DNA from: a virus
Virus record (IMG/VR): IMGVR_UViG_3300009008_000005
Span: 32,001 to 96,000 of that record
Reading direction: 5' to 3' (one strand)
DNA: 64,000 bases
Shown: piece after piece, positions 30,584 to 39,166 of the stretch
Numbering within the stretch: position 1 is the stretch's first letter
Layout of the letters: each line of letters starts with the position of its first letter
Notes under the pieces: generated by a model
What the model saw: the letters and a program-made list of their open reading frames with translations, nothing else
Told to the model about the DNA's origin: nothing
The model's database searches: none
Made by a program: the position numbers and the translations under genes

Positions 30584-30997
30584 ATGAGTGTAAAGGGGGA
30601 ATCAAATATGAGTCAAGACGTAAGACACGTGCCGCTGCACTTTGTGATAGCGTCAGTGGTTTGGAATAGGCGTAGAGTTGCAAGAATAAAGCAAGCGACT
30701 GTCTGCCGAGTTCTAGGGCTAGGACAGACGGGGTACTCGAAGTTCGAGCGGGGGCGGACTCAGCTCAATGCAACAAAGTTCTTCCTCCTAGACTACGTCC
30801 TAGGTAGGGATCTGCACCGTGACATCTATACATTGCACCAGGAATTGATCGACAGAGGCTACTACATCACACCGAATGGTGACTGCACGAAAGGTGTAGA
30901 GATAGAAGAGGTCCGAGCCATCGCTTCGGCTATGTCTTCTTCGCCGCAGCCTTCTTCTTCGGAGCAGCAACCTTCTTTGCCGCTGGCTTTGTCTTAG
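30584..30997 (+). CDS. XRE-family HTH protein
   Basis: RVARIKQATVCRVLGLGQTGYSKFERG. Confidence 0.7.
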   Translation: MSVKGESNMSQDVRHVPLHFVIASVVWNRRRVARIKQATVCRVLGLGQTGYSKFERGRTQLNATKFFLLDYVLGRDLHRDIYTLHQELIDRGYYITPNGDCTKGVEIEEVRAIASAMSSSPQPSSSEQQPSLPLALS

Positions 30998-31250
30998 GAA
31001 CGTCCAGCTTTGCCTGGGCTCTAAGTTCCTGGCTAAGGTTAGTGATCCTGTCGTCGATCTCTTGCATCACCTGTTTGATTGATCCTTCCTGTACCATGGA
31101 ATAGAAGTTGTCTGCCACCTCGATCCCTTTACTCGGTGGACCTAGATCCGTGGTGCAGTAGGTGGCCAGGTGCGAGCGAAGAGTAGACCAGACAGCCCTC
31201 TCATGCTGCAGTCCGATATGTTTGTTCAGGAGTTCTTGCAAGTTAGCCAT
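30930..31250 (-). CDS. Hypothetical protein with histone-H1-like K/A-rich tail
   Basis: C-terminal KPAAKKVAAPKKKAAAKKT. Confidence 0.65.
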   Translation of the reverse strand: MANLQELLNKHIGLQHERAVWSTLRSHLATYCTTDLGPPSKGIEVADNFYSMVQEGSIKQVMQEIDDRITNLSQELRAQAKLDVPKTKPAAKKVAAPKKKAAAKKT

Positions 31251-31361
31251 AGTGTTTTCCTCAGCTGATGAGATCGCAATCTAGCACAACCTCCCTTCTA
31301 GTATCACCAAACCTTTGGGTAGAACGCAAGGCGGGAGTATAATATAGACCACGGAGGAGCC

Positions 31362-31685
31362 ATGGAGAGCCCAGATTACTATATAACGATCAATGAAGCT
31401 GTGGCCTTGTACGGTGCCGACCCTAAAGCTATGAGGAGGGAGGCTACGAACCGTGGATGGGGCTACGTAAAATACAACGGGGCCCGGGTCGCCTTTGACC
31501 TCGATGAGTTCCAAGACTGGCTCTGGGGTATCGATGAAAAGACCATACGACGTACGGCCCCACGAGAGACCTGCCTATGCTGTGGTGGGAAGGCTAGGTA
31601 CAAGCGCAGATTTTGCTCTGCCTGTATCTATAAGATGCGTGAAGACTTCGCAGGATCCTTCGACGAGCACTCAGTGGCTATATGA
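31362..31685 (+). CDS. Excisionase-like HTH plus Zn-finger protein
   Basis: YITINEAVALYG pattern; CLCC...FCSAC. Confidence 0.6.
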   Translation: MESPDYYITINEAVALYGADPKAMRREATNRGWGYVKYNGARVAFDLDEFQDWLWGIDEKTIRRTAPRETCLCCGGKARYKRRFCSACIYKMREDFAGSFDEHSVAI

Positions 31686-31686
31686 G

Positions 31687-31701
31687 TATTTCGGTGAAAT
31701 A
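31687..31701. repeat. Dispersed palindrome TATTTCGGTGAAATA
   Basis: Read directly. Confidence 0.85.
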
Positions 31702-32190
31702 GTGGGCGGAATCAACAACAAGCTAGGCTGCGTGACTCTGACCGGGGACGGAACAGGACTGCACATCCCAGATAGCACCTTCTTGGACAACCGGGGTGGC
31801 CGAGCCAAGCTGATATCCATTGGGGATAACGTGACCTTCTCAACCGGAGTCATACTGCTCGTACACGACGCTATGGCGAAGCGTACCGGTGGGAACGTGA
31901 CCTACGGAAGGATCATCATAGAAGACCACGTTTCCATCTCCGCCCGAGTCACTGTCCTCCCCGCTACCAGGATTGGCCGTGGGTCTATTGCAGGTGCGGG
32001 GGCCGTAGTAACAGCTGGAACGGACATTCCTCCTGGTGAGGTATGGGCGGGCGTCCCGGCCAAGAAGATATGTACGATAGAAGAATTCGCCGCACGAAGG
32101 GGTGAGAGGAGGGAGCTGCCTAAGAACTGGCGGTCCCTTCCTTTTTACGGCATAGATCCGCTGGAACTCTGTAGGGCACCTAAGCCTTGA
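31702..32190 (+). CDS. Hexapeptide-repeat (left-handed beta-helix) acyltransferase
   Basis: ISIGDNVTFS..IIIEDHVSI..RIGRGSIAGAGAVV..IPPGEVWAGVPAK; start uncertain. Confidence 0.85.
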   Translation: MGGINNKLGCVTLTGDGTGLHIPDSTFLDNRGGRAKLISIGDNVTFSTGVILLVHDAMAKRTGGNVTYGRIIIEDHVSISARVTVLPATRIGRGSIAGAGAVVTAGTDIPPGEVWAGVPAKKICTIEEFAARRGERRELPKNWRSLPFYGIDPLELCRAPKP

Positions 32191-33999
32191 AGGCTTCTGG
32201 GTCCGGGCCTGTCCAACGTACAGGAACTTCAGATCGTCGTCAATTGTGAAGTGGTAGCCTTCTACGTCGTCAGCCCAGTAGAACTTGCCTGCGTCTCCCT
32301 GGTCCCCAAACTCGCAGGTCTGGCTCTGCCTGACTACGATCCTATCGTGCTTCAAGAACCTTGGGACCTTCTCGTATCCATTCAAATACACATTGAGCTT
32401 GCCTACCTGAGGCAACATCTGTCTGACAACAACCTCAAGCTGTGCCTCCCTGCTGGGGATGGATGCGAGGGAGGCCGTCACCATGTTTCCACAGGACATC
32501 TCTTGTGCGCTCTCGTCCCCGAAGAATCCATCCACCAGATCTATGGTGGGAGGGAATCCTGCCCTATCTGGGTTTAGTAAAGACATGTTCTCTGCGTGCA
32601 GAACGTAAGACTCCTTCGAGCCCAGAAGCTTCAGATCCTTACCATAGAGGAGCTTACTCATCTGCCTACCAGCACCTGAGCTGCGTAGGTGTAACCGAGA
32701 GGGCTTGAACCAACTACCCGGAGGCTCCTGCAACTCCAACATCTCTTCTAGGAATGCATCCTGGAATAGGAATGCGTTGCAATCTAGCCAGCCGAGATCA
32801 TAGACAGGTCCCATGTCTTTAGCCTGGCCTGCCCCAGTCCACCTAACCTCATCCCAACTATTCGTTTTCAGTAGGAATAGGCAGATCTTCTTTGGGTCGT
32901 CTACATCCTCCCACAAGGCCGTTGTCCTCTTGAAGAAGTCCTGGCAGAGTTCGACATCGTCCTGCATGAAGTAGAAGTACCTAGCCTTGTACCTCCGCTT
33001 CGCCTCTAGGAAGATGTCCCGCAGGAAGCGTGTGTACCCACGCTTCCCATAGCGGTTCCGCATTGTTGTGAAGTCCCACCCATAACGAGAGGCAAGGGTC
33101 TTCACCTCGTGATAGGAAGCCTCGCTTGGATCCTCCCACACAGACACGTGAACCTTGTAACCCTTGGAGTCCCTTATGATGTCTCCGAGGACCTTCAGTA
33201 AACCAGGTTCCCTATTGTAGGTCGTGATGAGGACACAGATATCCTGTGCTGTGGCTGTGGCATGGTCTGCATCTGTCCAGCGACTGTAGGAACCTTCCCC
33301 CAAAGATGCGTATGGACGCTCTACTTCTGATAGGACTTCAAAGCTATGCCTACCGTTGCATGCAAAGCACCTGCCGCAAGGGGCACCGTCAGCGCCAGGA
33401 TGCCAGCAGCTCCATGTCTCCAGAAGGATACCGTCGTAACCTCCCTCTAAAGCATCGTCCCATATGTCCTGCTTCGTCTTACGGATCAGAGGAAAACGTA
33501 GGTCCTCGAAAATCGTGACAAGCTCACTCGCAGGAGCACTTACCCTGCAGTTCGAGCCTTCCCCTACCACATGGAAACGGAGCAACTCCTCTGCTCGTCC
33601 TCCCACCTCTATCCCAACTTCGATGGGTTCACCGTAGTGACGGGCGAACGAGCACAAGTACTTGTACTGCTCGCCTATACGCATGTGCCCCTCTGATCCT
33701 AGCTCCAGGGCTACGGCCTTCTCCTCGATATCAGCGTCCAGGATTAGGGGAGCATCGTCTTGCCCACGACCTACGAATAAGGTCGGATGTATACACTTAC
33801 CCGCTTTAGGGTGCCACCGCCCTAGCATAGAGCGGAGAAGATCCATAGAGCGGACTTCGACATCCCTACTCATACGTGTGTCGATCCTGTCCAGGACGTA
33901 AATCGGCTGTACGGTCTTACCTTCTAAGACTAGCTGGCACAACCTAGCCGTAGAATCAAAACCGCCTGTCCAGAATAGATTTACCCTACTTACTGACAT
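31840..33999 (-). CDS. Fusion: QueC-like PP-loop ATPase + GT-A glycosyltransferase + truncated second glycosyltransferase
   Basis: TGGFDS; TWSCWHP..PCGRCFAC; ITTYNR..MQDD; ASIPSR..DAGKF..IDDDL followed by non-conserved read-through into the convergent gene. Confidence 0.75.
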   Translation of the reverse strand: MSVSRVNLFWTGGFDSTARLCQLVLEGKTVQPIYVLDRIDTRMSRDVEVRSMDLLRSMLGRWHPKAGKCIHPTLFVGRGQDDAPLILDADIEEKAVALELGSEGHMRIGEQYKYLCSFARHYGEPIEVGIEVGGRAEELLRFHVVGEGSNCRVSAPASELVTIFEDLRFPLIRKTKQDIWDDALEGGYDGILLETWSCWHPGADGAPCGRCFACNGRHSFEVLSEVERPYASLGEGSYSRWTDADHATATAQDICVLITTYNREPGLLKVLGDIIRDSKGYKVHVSVWEDPSEASYHEVKTLASRYGWDFTTMRNRYGKRGYTRFLRDIFLEAKRRYKARYFYFMQDDVELCQDFFKRTTALWEDVDDPKKICLFLLKTNSWDEVRWTGAGQAKDMGPVYDLGWLDCNAFLFQDAFLEEMLELQEPPGSWFKPSRLHLRSSGAGRQMSKLLYGKDLKLLGSKESYVLHAENMSLLNPDRAGFPPTIDLVDGFFGDESAQEMSCGNMVTASLASIPSREAQLEVVVRQMLPQVGKLNVYLNGYEKVPRFLKHDRIVVRQSQTCEFGDQGDAGKFYWADDVEGYHFTIDDDLKFLYVGQARTQKPSRLRCPTEFQRIYAVKRKGPPVLRQLPPLTPSCGEFFYRTYLLGRDARPYLTRRNVRSSCYYGPRTCNRPTANPGSGEDSDSGGDGNVVFYDDPSVGHVPTGTLRHSVVYEQYDSG

Positions 34000-34212
34000 G
34001 ACTTTCTATGGGCACCCATGTGAGCTTACGCCCCCTGCTGACAAGGATGAATACGGTCGAAAACTTCTTGCACGTAATAACGGATCCAGGCTTGTGAGCC
34101 ATGAAGAGCCACTTGTCCTCTACTAGCTGGGCTACCTTGCCCTCCTCTTTACGTAGGTCCGCCTGGACCTTGAGCTTCGTGGAAGATAGGAGGAGTACTC
34201 TGTAGCCCTCCT

Positions 34213-34404
34213 CTAATTGATAGGTAGGTACGACAGGACATCATCTACAGGCTCTCCCCAGGCCGACAGATCCTCTCCAGTAGAGGGCTTTTGATCGGAC
34301 ATCTGCTCTTCCAAATCACACAGGGAAGCCTGTATGTCCTGGACGAGTTTTACCATCATGCGGTCCTTCCGCATCAACGTGGGAATAACTAGCTTACGGA
34401 CCAT
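34213..34404 (-). CDS. Small hypothetical protein
   Basis: Short ORF with GGGGG RBS; weak support. Confidence 0.35.
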   Translation of the reverse strand: MVRKLVIPTLMRKDRMMVKLVQDIQASLCDLEEQMSDQKPSTGEDLSAWGEPVDDVLSYLPIN

Positions 34405-34453
34405 GAATACCCCCGTCCGTAAAGTGTAGCACACCCCCTTTCGGGACACGTAG

Positions 34454-34468
34454 TATTTCGGTGAAATA
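34454..34468. repeat. Dispersed palindrome TATTTCGGTGAAATA abutting a promoter
   Basis: Read directly. Confidence 0.85.
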
Positions 34469-34516
34469 GCTGGAATAAGAAGATTGGAAAAGGAACCCCA
34501 TAACAAGGAGGGCTCA

Positions 34517-34939
34517 ATGCCTGAAGCTGTGTTCACCTACACCTGGAATGAAGACCTGCAGGTCTCCCTGGAATCCGTCACCGGGGTGGAACTCGAAGTC
34601 CCCCGTGCGCCGGATACCTCTGCGGAGGGCGTCGAGGTCCGCATCACGGCCTCCATCGCCACCATCAAGCTAGGCTGCGAGCCGATCCAGCACCCGAGCT
34701 TGGTGGTCGCTCGACTCAGCCGGGAGCCGATAGGCGTACCAGGGGAGGCCGGAGTGCTGATCTTCCGCCGCTCCGAGCGGGCGTGGACGATCAAGGGCTC
34801 TGCCTCGAACGGGTCCGACGTAGTCCTCTTCCTCCAGAAGATCGGCCGTCTGCCCCAGGGGGAGTTCTTCCTCCGCAAGAAGGGAGCCGTGCTGCCGACC
34901 GAGGAGCCGGTCCCGGCTGACGCCGCACCCACAATGTAG
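34517..34939 (+). CDS. Hypothetical protein (standalone cassette)
   Basis: Palindrome + ATAAGAA promoter + AGGAGG RBS + terminator. Confidence 0.75.
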   Translation: MPEAVFTYTWNEDLQVSLESVTGVELEVPRAPDTSAEGVEVRITASIATIKLGCEPIQHPSLVVARLSREPIGVPGEAGVLIFRRSERAWTIKGSASNGSDVVLFLQKIGRLPQGEFFLRKKGAVLPTEEPVPADAAPTM

Positions 34940-34955
34940 AGAAGGTTGCGGGTAA

Positions 34956-34982
34956 AAGAAGGGGGCTGCGGCCCCCCTTCTT
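34956..34982. terminator. Bidirectional terminator
   Basis: AAGAAGGGGGC-TGCG-GCCCCCCTTCTT between convergent units. Confidence 0.75.
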
Positions 34983-35053
34983 ATGTATGACCGGAAGGTG
35001 AAGACTAGCCCCACAGAAAATCTACAACCTTCCGGAGGTGCAAATGCACCTAG

Positions 35054-35127
35054 TCGGGGCGACTGGATTCGAACCAGCGACTTCGAGTACCCAAAACTCG
35101 TGCGCTACCAGGCTGCGCTACGCCCCG
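35054..35127 (-). tRNA. trnP: tRNA-Pro(UGG)
   Basis: Cloverleaf; loop TTTGGGT; GGTTCGAATCC T-arm. Confidence 0.95.
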
Positions 35128-35190
35128 ATACGGAACTATTATACCGGCTTTTACTGGAATAAGGATATTGTAACAACCAGGAGGTGACAC

Positions 35191-35445
35191 ATGATTTGTA
35201 ACGTGGAGGCAACCAACGCTCAGGTCCAGGCCGTCATGGTCGGGGACGACAAGCACAAGGTTGCGACCTTGAAGAAGGGGGAGGGCCTTTGGACCGAGGC
35301 CGGAGCCCGGATCACCCGGACCGGGGTGACGCAGTGGAAGATCTACGGTCACGGTGGTGGCGACATCATGCTCCAGACCCTCGCCGGGATGGGACTTCTC
35401 CCGAGGAACAGCAAGGTGGCGAAAGTCATGGGAGGTGCGGAGTGA
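35191..35445 (+). CDS. Hypothetical protein
   Basis: Promoter and GGAGGT RBS. Confidence 0.7.
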   Translation: MICNVEATNAQVQAVMVGDDKHKVATLKKGEGLWTEAGARITRTGVTQWKIYGHGGGDIMLQTLAGMGLLPRNSKVAKVMGGAE

Positions 35446-35759
35446 ACGTCTACTTCAAGATCCACATCCACCTGCGGGAGGGCGAGGAGATCACCTACAA
35501 GGAAGGCCAGGAGATGGCCAAGCACCTCATGGCAACACACAGGCTACCGCTCAAATCCGTACCCTCAGGGAACACGGAGGATGGCGTCCACGTAGAGAGC
35601 CACACCACCGAGGTCGAGGGCGACGACGACAAAGCCATGAAGATCGCTCTCGAAATCGCAACCACCATCCGGGACCACCTTGGCAAGCTGATCAAGGTCA
35701 CTCCCGTCATCGTCACAGAGAGATTCATTGGGTACGCAGACATCGGACCGGGGGAGTGA
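35442..35759 (+). CDS. Hypothetical protein
   Basis: GTG start coupled to the upstream stop. Confidence 0.65.
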   Translation: MNVYFKIHIHLREGEEITYKEGQEMAKHLMATHRLPLKSVPSGNTEDGVHVESHTTEVEGDDDKAMKIALEIATTIRDHLGKLIKVTPVIVTERFIGYADIGPGE

Positions 35760-35760
35760 G

Positions 35761-35976
35761 ATGACAGATCTTCTGGAGAAGGACCAGACCCTCGAAGAAG
35801 CGACCTGGTGGCCAGAAGTGCCTGAGGGTACCCCGGTGACAAAGCTCCCGCCCGGTGTCTACGTCGAGCGATGTGCCGTCGAGGAGGTCCTCGAAGAGGT
35901 CTTCAAGCCGCACAGGAAGCCCCGGATCCAACTCTCTGGTATCCTTGGGAGGGCGACACGAAGAGCGGGTAAGTGA
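35761..35976 (+). CDS. Hypothetical protein
   Basis: GGGGAG RBS; followed by a terminator. Confidence 0.6.
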   Translation: MTDLLEKDQTLEEATWWPEVPEGTPVTKLPPGVYVERCAVEEVLEEVFKPHRKPRIQLSGILGRATRRAGK

Positions 35977-35980
35977 ACCT

Positions 35981-36004
35981 GAGGGCGGCTTTGCCGCCCT
36001 CTTT
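35981..36004 (+). terminator. Rho-independent terminator
   Basis: GAGGGCGG-CTTTG-CCGCCCTC-TTT. Confidence 0.7.
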
Positions 36005-36029
36005 ACGTGCAAAAAACCTCCAGGTATGT

Positions 36030-36075
36030 GGGATAAGAAAATTGAACCCTATCCTGTACCAGGAGGTACATCATG
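36030..36075 (+). promoter_or_regulatory. Phage promoter-RBS cassette, third copy
   Basis: GGGATAAGAAAATTGAACCC...GGAGGTACATCATG. Confidence 0.75.
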
Positions 36076-36297
36076 CCAAGGATCCAAATCGTCCGATCCA
36101 CTGACTGGGTCGAAGCCCTTCCACATCCCGGACTCGGTCCGGAAGATATCCTCCTGCAGAAGGAGCACGGAAACGACGTGCCCGAAGTAGGGACCAGCTG
36201 GCGTCCGCCCACCGGGTGTCACGAGATGCTTCTGTCCTCCCCGGACAAGAAGCGGAAGAATCTGGACCAGTACGACGACAGCCCTGACGCCTGGTAG
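36073..36297 (+). CDS. Hypothetical protein (standalone cassette)
   Basis: Promoter/RBS resembling those of 11389 and 11912; terminator. Confidence 0.7.
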   Translation: MPRIQIVRSTDWVEALPHPGLGPEDILLQKEHGNDVPEVGTSWRPPTGCHEMLLSSPDKKRKNLDQYDDSPDAW

Positions 36298-36317
36298 GGT
36301 GTACGAGGGCCACACCT

Positions 36318-36341
36318 GGGAGCCCGTTCGGGCTCCTTTTT
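36318..36341 (+). terminator. Rho-independent terminator
   Basis: GGAGCCC-GTTC-GGGCTCC-TTTTT. Confidence 0.8.
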
Positions 36342-36389
36342 AGCCCAAAATATGGGATAAGAAGAGTGAACCCTAGTATGGAGGTGAGT

Positions 36390-36695
36390 ATGTCTGGATA
36401 CGTTGAGATCATGCAGCTCGGCCAAGAGCCCGTCAAGCTACGACTGGGCATGGGTGTATCGACCGCCCTCGAAGCCTACGAGAAAATCATCGGGATCGAT
36501 GGGGACCACTACCTCCTGTACTCCAGGGGGCTGGACAACATGGTGCCGATCCACTGGGACGACGCCCGGACGTTCCACCTCGAAGACAAGGATCATCTCA
36601 TCATCATGGTGCGGATCATGGGCTACCCGGAGGACTCGGAGAAGTTCGGAAAGACTCCCGCTCTTCGCAGACGGGATAAGGAGGTGATGCCATGA
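36390..36695 (+). CDS. Putative ubiquitin-like (beta-grasp) protein
   Basis: beta-beta-alpha pattern; last strand DHLIIMVRIMG followed by an extension; paralog of the next gene. Confidence 0.5.
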   Translation: MSGYVEIMQLGQEPVKLRLGMGVSTALEAYEKIIGIDGDHYLLYSRGLDNMVPIHWDDARTFHLEDKDHLIIMVRIMGYPEDSEKFGKTPALRRRDKEVMP

Positions 36696-37033
36696 GCGGG
36701 GTAGTCAAAGTCTCGAAGATCGGGTGTCGCCCGATCAAGGTCGTGTGGAAACCGGGGATGACCGTCAGGGATGTCCTCCAGGCCATCCACGATGACCTCA
36801 ACCACCCCATGGACTACCACCTGGAGATCATGGGGCCGGACCGGGACAACCGGGGCCCCGTCCACTGGGACACGGTCGAAGAGCGGCCGGTGGTGGAGAA
36901 TGACCACCTGATCATCCATGGGCGCATGCTCGGGGATGGCCCCGGCGTCACGGAGTTCTACCGGAAGCAGGTCGAAAAGTACGGGCTCACCCCCGCACAG
37001 AAGGCAGACAGGAAGGGAGGGTACCATGCGTGA
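36692..37033 (+). CDS. Putative ubiquitin-like (beta-grasp) protein
   Basis: VKVSKIG..PGMTVRDVL..DHLIIHGRMLG followed by an extension. Confidence 0.55.
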   Translation: MSGVVKVSKIGCRPIKVVWKPGMTVRDVLQAIHDDLNHPMDYHLEIMGPDRDNRGPVHWDTVEERPVVENDHLIIHGRMLGDGPGVTEFYRKQVEKYGLTPAQKADRKGGYHA

Positions 37034-37265
37034 GTTCAAGATCGGCTTCTTCCTCATGGTCACGGCAATGACCATCACGTTCATTCTCCTCAACGCCACC
37101 ACGGGACAACTTGTCCTGGTCACACTCCTCGCCTCCTTCCTCTTCGTTGTCAACCTCGCCACCGGAATGTCGCTCCTTGTGATCGGTGGGTACTCGGGGT
37201 GGGCCTTCGCAACTGTCGTCAGGGCGTTGTGGTTCATGCACACCCTCAACCCACCGGGGGTGTGA
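37026..37265 (+). CDS. Small multi-pass membrane protein
   Basis: Almost entirely hydrophobic. Confidence 0.65.
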   Translation: MREFKIGFFLMVTAMTITFILLNATTGQLVLVTLLASFLFVVNLATGMSLLVIGGYSGWAFATVVRALWFMHTLNPPGV

Positions 37266-37266
37266 C

Positions 37267-37503
37267 ATGGGACGAGCTGAATCCGACAAGAGCGGACACC
37301 ACTGGACCGGGTGGCTTCCGCTCAAGCGCCACGACCCACCGAAGGATTCTGGGTGGTACCTGGCTACCGTGGACCTGGGGACCGGCGAGAAGTACGTCGA
37401 GATCCTCTTCTACGACAAGGACCAGGACCTCTGGACGAGGGACAAGGCCAACCACAACGTCGTGGCCTGGTCCACGATCCCCCCAACCTGGAAGGAGTTG
37501 TGA
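37267..37503 (+). CDS. DUF551-like phage protein
   Basis: W..P..G.YL..W..VVAWSTIP pattern. Confidence 0.6.
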   Translation: MGRAESDKSGHHWTGWLPLKRHDPPKDSGWYLATVDLGTGEKYVEILFYDKDQDLWTRDKANHNVVAWSTIPPTWKEL

Positions 37504-37504
37504 T

Positions 37505-37771
37505 ATGGGCAAGCCAGTACAAGTGAAGCTCTACCCGCTCAGCGGTCCCCCCAAGAAGAGGAAGCGTCCCTTCAAGTGGTTCACTGGTGAGAATCCTACC
37601 AAGAGCGGTGAGTACCTCGTGACGTTCTTGAACCGAGACGGGAGCCGTGAAACCACGTCCGACTGGTTCAGCACCGAAGAAAACATTTGGGACAGCGAAG
37701 GGTACCCATGGAAAGTAATCGCCTGGGCCCCGCTCCCCGCACCATACCGTGGGAAAGGAGTGATCGGATGA
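37505..37771 (+). CDS. DUF551-like phage protein (tandem paralog)
   Basis: P.KSGEYLVT..W..VIAWAPLPAP. Confidence 0.6.
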   Translation: MGKPVQVKLYPLSGPPKKRKRPFKWFTGENPTKSGEYLVTFLNRDGSRETTSDWFSTEENIWDSEGYPWKVIAWAPLPAPYRGKGVIG

Positions 37772-38160
37772 GCAGGAAGAACACCTCCCTTAGTGTAACA
37801 GTTTTAACCACCTACCACTTCGTCATCACAGAGGCGCACTGCGACCACTGCAGGTTCATCCTGGGGGAGGAGACGTCGGAACACTCCACGGACTCCGGCC
37901 ACGCCGGGGCCATGGAGAACAACCAGAACCTCACCGGTCTGTACGGCTGCTACGCCTGCGGTGAGGACATCTGCGACAACTGCGTCGCCGAGGCTCCCTT
38001 CTGCCCCGACGTGGAGGAGCCCCCTACCCGAATCTGCAAGAAGTGTGCGGAGAAGGGGATCCGCTGGGCCTACGAGATGGACGGGGAGCCCACCCACGTC
38101 ATCGACAAGGACAACAACGAAGTTCCCATGGCCAAGAGTGGGCCGTGGGTCAAACAGTAA
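37768..38160 (+). CDS. Cys-rich Zn-binding hypothetical protein
   Basis: CDHC, CYAC, CDNC and CKKC motifs. Confidence 0.65.
   Translation: MSRKNTSLSVTVLTTYHFVITEAHCDHCRFILGEETSEHSTDSGHAGAMENNQNLTGLYGCYACGEDICDNCVAEAPFCPDVEEPPTRICKKCAEKGIRWAYEMDGEPTHVIDKDNNEVPMAKSGPWVKQ
37783..37806. repeat. 24-bp direct repeat, copy 1 (ACCTCCCTTAGTGTAACAGTTTTA)
   Basis: Identical to 41135-41158. Confidence 0.85.
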
Positions 38161-38173
38161 GGAGGTGCGCTAC

Positions 38174-39166
38174 ATGGAACTGAAGCGAGTGATCGACGTC
38201 CCCACCGGGAAGATCGCCGTGGTCGAAGGGGAGAAGGGGCTCTTGGAGCTAGTCTCCCTGGGGGACTACGGCAAGGACAAGAACCTGAAGGCCGACTTCC
38301 TCGGCCTCGCCGAAGCCCCGGAGCGGGTGGTCCACCAGGACATGCTCCCGCTGGAGGAGAAGTGGGTCGTCACCATCTCCACCCAGCACGGCTGCCGGAT
38401 GAACTGCAACTTCTGCGACGTGCCCCTCGCCGGGAACGGGCGGAACTGCTCCCTCGGAGACCTGGTCGAGCAGGTCGACGCCGGGATCGCCCTCTACCCT
38501 GAGGTGCGGGCTACCGAGCGCCTCAACATCCACTTCGCCCGCATGGGTGAGCCTACCTGGAACCCCTACGTCCTCGACGCCGCCATGGAGTTCCTCAACC
38601 GCTACCCCTGGGCCAAGGTCGTCCACCCCGTCGTCTCCACGATGATGCCGAAGTGGAACGAGTGGCTCAGGACCTTCATCCACACCTGGCTCCGGATCAA
38701 GAACCACGCCTACGGCGGACAGGCGGGTCTACAGCTCTCGATCAACTCCACGAACGAGATGGAGCGAGAGATCATGTTCGCCAAGAACGCCCACACGATC
38801 GAGGGGATCGCCAGGGTCATGGACGACATCCGTCTGCACAAGGGCCGGAAGATCACCCTCAACTTCGCCGTGGCTGGCTACGAGATCGACCCCGACATCC
38901 TCCTCAAGTACTTCGACCCCTCCGCCTACCTCATCAAGCTCACCCCCATGCACAAGACAGCGACCGCCATCAAGTACGGCATCGAGACCTGCGGGGACTA
39001 CACCGAGTTCCACCCGTACGAGCTGGACGAGGCTCGTCTCCGTGCGGCAGGTTACGACGTCCTGGTGTTCATCGCCAGCAAGGCCGAGGACGAGGGGCGG
39101 ATCACCTGCGGCAACGCCGTCCTCTCTGGGAACATGCCCTTCGGGGCAGGTCTAATCGAGCCATGA
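38174..39166 (+). CDS. RlmN/Cfr-like radical SAM RNA methyltransferase
   Basis: ISTQHGCRMNCNFC; FARMGEP; LQLSINS; C-terminal ITCG (RlmN AACG equivalent). Confidence 0.8.
   Translation: MELKRVIDVPTGKIAVVEGEKGLLELVSLGDYGKDKNLKADFLGLAEAPERVVHQDMLPLEEKWVVTISTQHGCRMNCNFCDVPLAGNGRNCSLGDLVEQVDAGIALYPEVRATERLNIHFARMGEPTWNPYVLDAAMEFLNRYPWAKVVHPVVSTMMPKWNEWLRTFIHTWLRIKNHAYGGQAGLQLSINSTNEMEREIMFAKNAHTIEGIARVMDDIRLHKGRKITLNFAVAGYEIDPDILLKYFDPSAYLIKLTPMHKTATAIKYGIETCGDYTEFHPYELDEARLRAAGYDVLVFIASKAEDEGRITCGNAVLSGNMPFGAGLIEP

Noticed and set aside
33300-33999. 7-deazaguanine DNA modification (dpd) system
   Set aside because: Only a QueC-like domain fused to glycosyltransferases; no DpdA, FolE, QueD or QueE in the window. 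Cannot be excluded genome-wide.
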